DNA from: Antedon mediterranea
Taxonomy: Eukaryota > Animalia > Echinodermata
NCBI RefSeq assembly: GCF_964355755.1
Contig: NC_092678.1
Coordinates: forward strand, 14,906,371 to 14,970,370
Reading direction: 5' to 3'
DNA length: 64,000 bases
Part shown: positions 14,801 to 27,436 of the stretch, in pieces
How positions within the stretch are numbered: position 1 is the first letter of the stretch
Layout of the letters: each line of letters opens with the position of its first letter
Notes under the pieces: model-generated
What the model was told of the DNA's origin: nothing
Databases searched by the model: none
What the model saw: only the letters and a program-made list of their open reading frames with translations
Translations under genes and position numbers: made by a program

Positions 14801-17800
14801 GCCATATTTTGCAAGTTTGATCTTAAACGGCCCACAACACACAAAACTGTAAGAAAAAGTTGCAACCTAAAACAAATTGATATTGAGAAATTCACAAATG
14901 ACATTAAAGCCTGTGTGTCTAATATAACCGATGTAAGTGTAATTCTTGAAGACAGTGTAGAAAGCTATTCTGATCTCAGAGCTGTACTTGATTTACATGC
15001 GCCAGTTCAGAACAAAACAATTAGGCAACACTTACCTAGATAAATGAAATGTAACGAGTTTAACTGAAGAAGAAAAAGGGATATGTGAAGGTAGTGTCAC
15101 AATAAATGAATGTACCAATGCAATTAAAAAAATGAAATTAAATAAAACTCCCGGATGTGATGGCTTGACCGTTGAGTTTTATTTACATCTCTGGGATGAC
15201 ATTAAACACATTGTTTGTGACGCTCTAAATGCATGTTATTTTAACAATGAAATGAGTTCTACACAGAAACGTGGTATTATAAGCCTATTATACAAAAAAG
15301 GTGATAAAAAATTGCTTGAAAACTGGCGTCCTATCACTTTATTAAATACAGACTACAAAATTTTAACTCATATTCTATGTATGAGACTTCATAAAGTAAT
15401 TGAAAATGTAGTTGACAATGACCAAAAGGGGTACATTAAAGGACGATTCGCTGGAGAAAACGTCCGTCTAATTAATGATATTCTGTATTATACAGCAGAA
15501 GAACAAATCGAAGGAGCTATTCTATCCCTTGATTTTAGAAAAGCATTTGATTCTGTAAATAGAGATTTTATGTTTAAGGTACGTCTAAAAAAATTTAATT
15601 TTGGAGAATCCTTTCTAAAATGGGTAAATACAATTTATAGTAAATCTGAATGTGTTATTGTTAATAATGGTTGGATTTCAGAAAGTTTTGAAATGGAATG
15701 CGGAATAAGACAGGGTTGCCCATTGTCGGCGTTACTCTTTATTTTAGTAGTAGACATTATGGCGTGTAATATAAGAAAAGATAAATGCTATAAAGGAATA
15801 TCTTTACCTAACAATGATAATGGTGAGGAAGTTCGCATTGCGCAGCTGGCAGATGACACTGTACTCTTTGTGGGAAATGAAAAAAAGTATAGAGATTGGT
15901 TTAAACATTGTTAATAAGTTTGGTAAAGTGTCTGGTATGACTTTAAATAAAAAAAAAACCAACGCTATTTGGATTGGCAAAAATGTAAACAAAATTCAAA
16001 AACCATGCAGTCTAAATTGGGTTAATGAACCAATTAAGATTTTGGGTATTTATCTGGGATATAATGAGAACAAATGCAGTGAATTAAATTGGGATAGTAA
16101 GGTGGCAAACTTAGAAATGCTACTCAATAGATGGAAAGGAAGAAACCTAACCTTTTTTGGCAAAGTTACCATTTTAAAAAGTTTAGCTTTGTCTAAACTA
16201 ACATACAATGCATGTATAATTGATGTACCAGATGATGTTATTTTTAAAATAAATAAATTGATATATAACTTTTTATGGAATGGAAAAACAGAAAAAATAA
16301 AAAGAAAAACTTTAATCGGTAAGATGATTAAAGGGGGCATAGGTATGCCTGATTTCGCATTACACATAAACTCTCTGAAAATGATATGGGCAAGAAAATT
16401 ACTGTGTAGAAAACACGTAAGATGGAAAATCTTACCACTATACTATTTTAACAAATTTGGAACCGAACAACTAATTTTAAGTATGTCAAATATCAATTTT
16501 CAAAATAACATGGGCTTAGATAATATACCATCTTTTTATTATAATGTTCTAAAGTGTTGTGTTGAATTTAATAATATGAATAATGAAGGTACAATTAACG
16601 AGTATGAAGAAGTGATAAAGCAAAACTTATGGGGTAATAATGATATTAAATATAGAAACAAACCACTATTCTTTAAGAACTGGATAGATGCAGGTTTTAA
16701 TCAAATTGGAGATATAATTATTTTCAATCGTCTAATGAAACCTATAGAAATAATTAAACAATTACGTATTAAGAAAAACTGGATAGCTGAATTTGTTTCT
16801 CTAACCAGAGCTATTCCAAAAGAGTGGTTAAGTATAATTAAACATAATATGCCAAATATGAACCAATATATGAATGTGAATCTGGAATACAATATCAACA
16901 ATATAATTAAGATGACAACAAAAGATGTTTATTCTAACTTTGTTAATAATGTTTTTATTCCCCCGAAAAGCATACTTAAATGGAATAACATATTTAATGA
17001 AGATATCAAGTGGTGTGATGTCTGGAAAAGAAAAGTGAAAAACGAAAAAATTAAGAAATTTGCCCAATTGAATTACAAATTACTAAATAGAGTTGTACCT
17101 ACAAATCTAAAACTGTATAACTGGAAACTGAAAAATAATAACATATGTAACAATTGTGGAGTCATTGAAGACGAAAAACATATGTTTTATTATTGTAGAC
17201 GTAATCAAATACTATGGGGAAAAATTGACAATATATTTAAAAAGCTAGATAACAGCAGTAGCTCGTTCAAAGAACTCCTGTTAGGAAGTAAATGTCAATT
17301 AAAAAACCAATTGTATTCAATAGCTGTGTACGTCATATACATAATTAAAATTAAAACTGAACTTAAAAAACCTGTATGCCAGAATCCCTGGATTCAGTTT
17401 AAATATATTTTAAAAGATATGAATACACTAGGCATGTTGTAACTTATAAGTGGCATCCATTTTTGTATTTTAAGATGTACAGTTTTTGTATGCATATAAT
17501 CAAACCACTATGTATAAAGGTTAAAAGAGTAAAAATCAGAAAATAACGAAAAAAGTAGAAAACAGAAATTTAATGTATGAAAATGAAATGTGAACGAAAT
17601 TTGTATGAAAGAATGAATAAAGGTGGTGGTTAACCACAAAAGAGAAAAAAAAACAATTAGGCAAAAGGAAGCTAAACCGTGGTATACCGATGAAATTCGA
17701 CCTGAAAGGAAAGTACGTCGTCAACTTGAACGTAAATGGATGAAATCAAAGCTTCCTAAGGATAGACAGGAATACTGTGTTCAAAGATGCGTTGTAAATG

Positions 17801-20800
17801 GACTGATTGAAAAGGCCAAGACGCGGTATTACTCTAGTCTGGTTAGTGACTGCACAGGTGATCAAAAGAAACTTTTCAATATAGTAAATAAACTTTTACA
17901 TCACTCCAAGTCATCGGTCCTTCCTTCGTCTGTCTCCGATGAAGCTCTTGCTGAAAGACTTTCTGTGTTTTTTGTAAATAAAATTAAATCAATTCGTGAT
18001 TCACTAGAAAATGAAAATACTGGCGAAGTTATAACTGCTTCTGATAAATGTAATATATCTTATGGTTTAACTAGGTCTATACGGTTTTCTCAGTTCGAAC
18101 CTGCAAGTGATGAGGAAATTTTAAAAATTGTCAAAAATTCTTCCTCTAAATCGTGTGCACTTGTCCCGGTACAGACTTCACTGATTAAGAAATGTACTTC
18201 TGCATTTATTCCATTAATCACACATATTGTTAATAAGTCTCTTGAAAGTGGTTTTTTTCCCATAGTCTCTAAAAGTCACCCATGTTCGACCCACATTGAA
18301 AAAAACAGGTCTAGATCCCGAGATTCTGAAAAACTACAGACCTATCTCGAATCTTAGTTTTTTAGGAAAAATAATTGAGAAGGTTGTTTCTAAACGGATT
18401 TTGTCGCATGTACAAAAACATGGCCTACTTGATCCGTATCAATCTGCCTACAAAGCGCATCACAGTACTGAAACGGCATTACTTCGTGTAAATAATGACA
18501 TCCTACGTGGGATGGATGATGGAAAGCTAACTGCTCTAGTATTATTAGATTTAAGTGCAGCATTTGATACGGTTGATCATTCTGTGTTGCTAAATAGACT
18601 CAGTACTTATATTGGTATTGAGGAACTGCACTTGATATGTGTCGGTCATATTTGGAAAAACGACCTCAACACGTATGTATTGGTGATGCTATTTCAAAAG
18701 CTTCTTTTCTAAACTTTTCGGTACCACAAGGATCTGTTCTTGGGCCGCAATGGTTTACTATTTATTTACACCCGATACGGGATATCATAAGTAAATATGA
18801 TCTGTGCTATCATGTTTATGCTGATGATACTCAGATTTATATTTCTTTTAAACCTACTATGAAACACAGTGACATTTCTTTGGAATTGCTCCAAAATTGT
18901 ATCTATGAATTGCGTGTCTGGATGAAAAACAACTTTCTTAAATTAAATGATGAAAAAACAGAATTTGTTCTCTTTGGATCAAAACAGCAGTTGGAAAAAC
19001 TGCCACCAAGCTTTATTCACATTGGTGAAACCCAAATTGACCCGGCTAGGCAGGTTAGAAATCTTGGGGTTGAAATGGATGTGGGTATGACTATGATTTC
19101 CCATATCTAAAAAACTATTTCTGCGTCGTCTTTTCACTTGCGAAACATTCGAAGGATTAGCAAGTTTATACATGAGACAGCAGCTAAACAACTTGTTCAT
19201 GCTTTTGTCACTTCACGACTAGATATGGGAAACTCTTTGCTATACGGGCTACCACAAAAACAACTCCACAGGCTCCAACTGATTCAAAATACAGCGGCAC
19301 GAGTTGTTAAAAAATTACCAAGATATGGACACATATCAAATACTTTGGAAATATTGCATTGGCTCCCTGTTAGGTACCGCATTGTTTTTAAAATATTACT
19401 CTTTGTTTTTAAGTCTATAAATGGCTGGCTCCTGAATATATTTCTGACATGCTTAGGCTGTATGTTCCCGGACGTAATCTGCGCTCTAGTGACTCGCTGC
19501 TTCTACATCAGCCTAAGTATCACCACTCATGGGGTGACAGAGCATTCTCCGTTACTGCTCCTCGTCTGTGGAATGCTCTACCGAGCTCTATAAGATTTTG
19601 CAAAACTGCTGATACTTTTAAAAAATTATTAAAAACACATTTATTCATTAAGGCATATGGAAATCATGAGGTTTCTTAAAGTTGTTTAGACTTAGAATTG
19701 TTTTGTATACCTTTTCCTGGCCAGCATTATCTTTGGGGTGCCTCTGTCTTGGTTGTTGTCTCTGAGCACCCGGTCGTCTGTGGCAAGGCAAATGTGTATC
19801 CTGCTCCTTTGTTTGGTCACCTAGGTAGGGGTTCGGGACCGCGACAGAACGACAACGGATGGGGACCCTCAACAGAAATTGCATTTTATTTGTCAGGAAT
19901 GTGTATGATTTATTTCTTTTTTATTTTTAAATGCGCCTTGAGCACTCTGGAGTGGTATGTGCGCTATAAAAATCTTATTATTATTATTATTATTATTACA
20001 TTTACCCATTTTGAGTCCAATCAGACTGAAAATGACGCTATACGAGCATGTTAAAAATGACAAAATGCGTACATTATTTCATAAAAGTTTTGAAAATGGT
20101 AAAAAATAGGCCTTTTTTAAAATGAAAATAACTCTTCAGAATGCAAGATGACCCCAATTTTTTTAACTTATTCGGGAAGCCATTGAGTTGTAGATATGAA
20201 TTCATGTACACATTTTACGTACAAAAAGTTGTGACGTCATCAAATGGCCACTTAAATTTAAAAATTAGGATTTTTTATATTTGTGTATAGTTTATTACAT
20301 TCAACAGAGCGCATCTCGGTTATTTGTGCTCGAATTTTGCATACATTTTAGTATGTACTTGCTTGATTATTTAAATTGTCAGTGTTTTCATTTTGATGAC
20401 GTCATCACGCGTAAAAACTTGAATAACCTAGGTGACCTTAAAGATTATAACTTATTATGAAAACTGATGAAATTTAGATATGAATTCATATAAAAATGAG
20501 GCCTATCGGATGTTGTGACGTTATCATATGGCCAGTTGAAGTTAAAAAGTAGTTTGTAACTTTCTTTAGTTAAAGTTATAAACATTTCAAAGAACGCGCA
20601 TTGCGTTTCTACGTGCCAAATTCTATTCCAATTCTTATATTTATTTGCTCAATTCATTATCTTTCGAAATTGTCATCTTCGCGTTTCTTTTAATAATTCC
20701 ATCATATCAAAAATTTAGAACATGATGTGTGTCCCGTAATTTCACCTATGTTACACTGTATATAGATATACAGTATATACTGTTCATATTGTATATGGCA

Positions 20801-23800
20801 TATAATAGGCACAACTCAGCCCTATAAGCTTATAATAGGATGGCAAACATAAACATTTTCCAATCGTATGTTAACGTACGTGCAGGTTTAAAAAAAAATC
20901 ATTTTAGTAAAATGATAAAAGTGATCACCTATAATTAATCAAAGTGACGAATTAAACTCTAGTTAGTATTGTTTTTGCTTTTGCTGTTGTTGTTAGATGA
21001 TAGTAATTGGCTAATTTTAGTATCAATAAATTCAGATATACCTAGAGGTACATAACATGAACGTATCAGCTTCACATCACAGAGTATGGGAAGTGTCTTA
21101 TCGTAATCATAGTGTTAACATTCAAAACATAGGATTGAATATTTAACAATAACAATAAATAACATATAATAACAATAAATATTTTGAAGTATAAAAAGAT
21201 ACATGTTTACCATAGTTATGTAAGTTACACATTGATATTAACGTAGTTCATTGTTTGAAAGTATTTGTATTAAAGTACTGTTGCTAATAATTAAGACGAT
21301 TTTTTTTTTATTTTATATTGAAGGTAATTGTAACTGAGGAAAACTCTGAAGCAGTTGCTACGCAGCTATCAGTCATTACTGGTGAAGTCAATATTGACAA
21401 TGAAAATAATATTGATGCCATTTCCTCGATTCTAGAAAGGTTAACTAATGTAAGTGCAGGAAATGAAAAAGTAAGCACTAACTGTATTTCCTAAATATGT
21501 ATTGTTCCCCAAAAACATGAAAAATGAAGGCCATTTTACAGTTAATTACCTCCTTACAAAACAAATCAAAGAAAATTGTTTTCACTCATAAAAAGAGAAA
21601 ATAAAAGTTTAAAATTCACCCAACATCTCTTTGACCTCCAGACAATTTGACTCTTTTTGCGTTAAATTACTTTCATGCCAAACAACAAATATTATGTATA
21701 TAACCAGAAAAAAAACCTATATGTAACATAATTTATTTTCCCTTTTTCATCGTTGATTGTTTCAATTCGTCAAATATATTGGAAAATATTAATCTTGTAT
21801 ATCACTTATTTTTCAGGTTACCAACTTAACAGTAAAAGTTGTGAGTAACTTACAAAATTCTGACGATGAACTATTTTCAACAGGCAATCGAAGCATAGGT
21901 GGAACTTCTAGGATCATACTGTCGCTTCAAGCTCAGCTAGCATCACTACCAGACTATAGAGCAGTTGAAAATAATCTAGCTGTGCAGACTAAACAATATC
22001 TTCCTGATGAATTAAACAATGGTATTGGGTATTTTATAAATGTAGCCACCTCTGAAACCGGTTTTCAAGGCGAGAACATTAAACCATTTTACACAGTGGA
22101 TGACGTCATAACTGAGAAGATAGATACATCAATATTTCTGCCTTCTGATATTGTTGAATTAAGTCTGGATCAAAATGACTTAAACAAGACTCAAGTGACC
22201 ATCATTGTATATCGGACATCTAAGTTATTTACGTCTAATTACTTGATGTCCAATAAGAGTAGAGCAATTGGGAGTCGTGTAGTTTCTGCTACTGTTGAAA
22301 AAGTTACAGTTGAGGGTCTGAATGAGCCCATCCAAATAACTTATTCACCGGTTGTGGTAAGTTACCTTTTCAGTCAATCTAAAATTGAAAAGTCTTAAAT
22401 AGGAATGTTTGTACATTATTGTGACCGAAGTATAGTATGTTTGAATTTGTGAGGTGGATAACTGGCCAATCTTGGGTTGAAGTCCTAGAAGCTAAGTCAC
22501 CCCAAGCTAAGGCTGATCTATTTTATCGTACAGTCAATAGCTATTAACTCTCACTTTCCACTTAAAACTTCTAAATGCATACAAACCTTAGATGACCCCA
22601 GAGATTAAGATTTTCATTAAAAAGCGAAAAGTAGCCTTTTGCCAAAACAAAATGTTCCTGTGGCGCTTCCTTAGAAACAAAATATTTTTCTCTATCAAAT
22701 CAGCAAAAAATCTATTACATTATGAGCAATACATTACAATCCCATCCCAACATTTCAGTCCAAAGTGACCACTTTGAAATTTCTAAGGCAATTGCCGCCC
22801 GATTGAACGCCATAAGCTTCCAGCCTACCTTCCAACCCTACATCCCCCCAGATTCAAATGTTCACAACCTTATCCAAAATTAACGCCAGAAAAGCCCCAT
22901 GACCAGATTGACTTCCTGAAAATTGATTAAAGAATTTGCATGCGAATTTACTATCTCTGTTATTAGTATTCTTAATGCATCCTTTGCCAAAGGTTCCATT
23001 CCTCATGTGGAAAGACGCCACTATTACCCCTATATCCCTAAACTTAAATCTGCTATTGTTTTAATTTTCGCCCTATGTCCCTCATGTCGATTCTAGAAAA
23101 AGTCTGTGAGAGGAATTTGTTTGTAAATGTGTCTGTAACGATATCTCCCCCCGAATTGATCATCATCAATTTGGTGGAATTAAGGGATCTTCAACAACTC
23201 ACTGTCTGGTTGAGATGATACTCTTTATAAAGGTTCTGACAAACCAAACACAGTCGGTACGTTAGTAGAGACTGACTTCACCAAGGCTTTTGATTCCGTC
23301 AATCATACGCTTGCAATCCAAAAAGCTTTTTGATCTTGGTGTTCGAAATGAAATACTGCCCTGGTTAGTAGACTTTCTTACCAACAGACGCCAAAGAGTT
23401 CGTTACCATTCCGAACTATCTGAATGGGTAACGCTCTCTTGTGGCGTCCCTCATGGCACTAACCTTGGACAAATTATTTGTAACGTTATAATTAACGATG
23501 CTGACGTATGTGATCTAGACAATTGGGCTAGTCACAACTTCCTCATACTCAATCCATCAAAATGTAAAGCCTTGCTAGTTTGTTTTAAAAAACCACCTCC
23601 CAATCCTCCAAACTTAGTTATAGGTGGTAAAGTGCTGGATTTTGTGCACGAAATAAAAATTATCGGTATCCCTATTCAAGCAAATTTAAGATGGGGATAC
23701 TCTTGTTAGCAATATGATTTCTAATAGTAGCCGTATATTATATTATGCTTAATCGCCTCAAGCGTTTTGGAGTTCCTGCTTGTGATTTGGTGTCCGTTTA

Positions 23801-26800
23801 TGTGGGATACGTTCGTTCTATTGTCGAGTACGCCTCAAATGCATGGCATAGTTGTATTACTATAAAACAGTCTCTCATTATATTGGGACCTAAGTACGAC
23901 ACATAATGTTAACGCCCTTATTGGTACTAATCTTCAGACGCTTGATACGAGAAGAATTTGCACATCGATCAATTACTTCAAAGAGTGGTTTCCTATTAAT
24001 TCTCATTCTCATAGCATGTACATTAGAACATCCAACGAATTTCTCATCCCCCGTGCTTGAACCGAAATATATGACAACAGTGCTATACTCTTTCTTGCCA
24101 AACTCCTTAATCACAAATGATTCGTATCTTATTGGTCGTCATGTGCAATTTCTCCTCGCGTGCTTTTTTTGGTCAATTTTCTATTTTGTATATTTTTTAT
24201 CTCGTCTTGAATGTTGTACCTATATATTTTTATATTTGTAGTCTTTAGATTTTTTGCCCTTTTGATGTGTACATTATCATGTTAATATTGTTTTAATTCA
24301 GCCTTGTGCTACGATTATGATATATTGAATAAATTGAAATTGAAATTGAAAAAAAAATTAAAGAATGGCGATATTATTAAGTGAATGATGATTACGTTTG
24401 AGTTTTGGTGCGTGTGAAAGTATTTCATAACGGCATTGACGGACGATGATTATAAAAACCCAATAAATTAGTCATTTGGATAAAAAATAAGGTAGTTGTT
24501 TTATAAAGCTAATACTGCAGTTTTATTTATGGGATTCCTTATATTGTCTACAATTTTTGCTGTGACATAACGTCAGTAGGTAGGCCTATAGTCTATCTAC
24601 CGAAAATAAGTTTACAGTACTTTTTATTTGTAATTGTATTTAATATATTATAGGAAGGTGTACTTGATAATTATGAATGTGTTTTCTGGGATTTTACATT
24701 ACAAAACGGACATGGTGATTGGTCTAACGAAGGCTGTTACTACAACACAACATCAGACGATCGTATCGTCTGCTTCTGTGACCATTTAACAAACTTTGCA
24801 GTCATAATGGTCAGTACTGCTTTCACATTATGTATTCGTTTACTTTTATTTATTTGGTTTTATGATGTTTTTAAAAAGGCATACCACGTAACAGCGAGGC
24901 TAGTTGAAAAATTATATAACATTGAATCTTCACATAATGATGGTTCATAGTGGTAGTTGCCTGAAATAGTGCCATTCGACCCAAGGTCCTAACTTGCCTT
25001 CGTCCCAACAACTTTTTAGTCGCGTGGAAGCGACTCTATAGTTCACTATGTCGGTCGGTCGGTCTGTCGGTCTGTCGGTCTGTCTGTCGGTCCGTATCAC
25101 TATGCGTTTTATCGCCTTCTGACCTTATCTTGATATCAGTTTAATCTAGCTAAGTCAATTTTTCACAGTATATTCCTTATGGCCAGGAATCGATGTGGTT
25201 ATGTTTTCACGGTGCGCAATAAAAAATTACGCGGTCTACGCACGATTTAACGAAATCACGTTTGTAATCATATCTTCACAACCATGAATCACAATTAAAT
25301 AAAAGCCACAAAGTTACGCGCGCACGCGCATTTAAAATTTTAAAATGCGCAAAATTCATTTTTAATCAACTTTCTACGCGTTTTTTGTCATTTTGAGCAT
25401 GTCAAAAATTCCCATAGGCGCGCAAATTTTTAGGCGCGTGGTGCGCACGTAGCGTTAAATACATACTTTTTCGCGTGATTTATGTTTTTGCAGCCTTTTC
25501 TAATAATTTTACCATCTTTTAAACAATTTCGACTTAAAATTACGTCCGAGCACGTCGAATTGGATAATTTGCGTACGATTTTGATGAAAAAGTTAAAAAA
25601 TTCGTCAAAATTATGCCTTTTTAGTCGCGTGGACGCGACTATAGTTCACTATGTCGGTCGGTCTGTCTGTCGGTCTGTCTGTCTGTCGGTCTGTCTGTTG
25701 GTCCGGTATCATTATGCATTGTAGCACGCGACTTAATGGCTGTTGGCCTTGTTTTTAATGAAGTTCCTAAAATCAGTAAATAAATAGATGAAATAAATAA
25801 GCCCCAAAAAACCAACACTGTACATAATTTCAGCAATCGTTATGTAAATTTGTCTCTGCTATTTGATGGACGTAATGCATTTGTTAACCATAGTATAAAT
25901 AATGTGTTTTTTTTAACAGGATTACTCTGGACAAGCCGGCCAAACCACTACATTCGAGGATGTACTTACATACATTAGCATCATTGGTTGCGTCATATCT
26001 ATCATTTGCTTGGTATTTACGATTGTTACATTTACATATTTCAGGTAAGATTAAACAACAAACTAAATTTACATACATGACACCAGTTAGTATTATGATT
26101 TCATTATTATCTTTTTCACCATTTTCTAATCAAATGTACTCAGAGCCTATACAGTGTCACGATGATGTAATTGTGCATTGTACAGTAGGTAGTCAAACAT
26201 TTTTGTTTGTATTCGCTTCTGCCAATGATTATGAAATCATGTTCCGAATATGAGCACTTTTTCTATAATTTACAGTATGATTTATATATAATTTACACAG
26301 TGCTACGCAACATCATTGATTTACATATACACAATAATATTTAAAAACCGTTGCGAATTAAAGTTGGAATTTATTCTGACTTGTTAAGCCTCCACTGATT
26401 GTGAGGGCGTTTGTTGTATGAGAGAATGTATCTGGTGGGTGAAAATCTGTGATAATACCATACATGGCTCTGTGGTCTAGTGGTATGATACTCGCCCTGT
26501 AAGCAAGAGGTTGCAGGTTCGAATCCAGCCAGAGACATTTTTTCATACAACTAAAAAATACGGAACTTTCGCCAATGAGCTATGCTCGACGCGATTATGA
26601 AATCATGTTCCGAATATGAGCACTTTTTCTATAATTTACAGTATGATTTATATATAATTTACACAGTGCTACGCAACATCATTGATTTACATATACACAA
26701 TAATATTTAAAAACCGTTGCGAATTAAAGTTGGAATTTATTCTGACTTGTTAAGCCTCCACTGATTGTGAGGGCGTTTGTTGTATGAGAGAATGTATCTG

Positions 26801-27377
26801 GTGGGTGAAAATCTGTGATAATACCATACATGGCTCTGTGGTCTAGTGGTATGATACTCGCCCTGTAAGCGAGAGGTTGCAGGTTCGAATCCAGCCAGAG
26901 ACATTTTTTCATACAACTAAAAAATACGGAACTTTCGCCAATGAGCTATGCTCGACGCGATTATGAAATCATGTTCCGAATATGAGCACTTTTTCTATAA
27001 TTTACAGTATGATTTATATATAATTTACACAGTGCTACGCAACATCATTGATTTACATATACACAATAATATTTAAAAACCGTTGCGAATTAAAGTTGGA
27101 ATTTATTCTGACTTGTTAAGCCTCCACTGATTGTGAGGGCGTTTGTTGTATGAGAGAATGTATCTGGTGGGTGAAAATCTGTGATAATACCATACATGGC
27201 TCTGTGGTCTAGTGGTATGATACTCGCCCTGTAAGCGAGAGGTTGCAGGTTCGAATCCAGCCAGAGACATTTTTTCATACAACTAAAAAATACGGAACTT
27301 TCGCCAATGAGCTATGCTCGACGCGATTATGAAATCATGTTCCGAATATGAGCCCTTTATCTATAATTTACAGTATG

Positions 27378-27436
<59 letters not shown>

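Larger units (their letters stand above)
11121..20963 (+). mobile_element. HINE family A copy interrupted by a MITE and an L2 LINE
   Basis: 5' attaggtgat..tagaataaaatgatcacctattg. 3' gatcacctataatt..caaagtgacgaattaaactctagt. Colinear with 29243-31755 once the insertions are removed. Confidence 0.8.
26227..27385 (+). repeat. Tandem array of about 3.2 near-identical 366-bp units, each carrying a tRNA-like gene
   Basis: Units start gattatgaaatcatg at 26227, 26593, 26959 and 27325 (partial). The array ends in a (TA)n tract at about 27380-27430. Confidence 0.95.

Noticed and set aside
13982-19679. A single LINE with two RT domains
   Set aside because: The first RT belongs to a Tx1-like insertion bounded by a 15-bp TSD; the L2 frame resumes after 17664.
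26358-27278. Three identical 62-aa minus-strand ORFs (MKKCLWLDSNLQPLAYRAS...)
   Set aside because: They are the antisense reading of the tRNA-like tandem repeat, not a protein family.
26227-27385. Possible CRISPR-like array
   Set aside because: The units are wholly identical with no unique spacers, the context is eukaryotic, and there are no cas genes.
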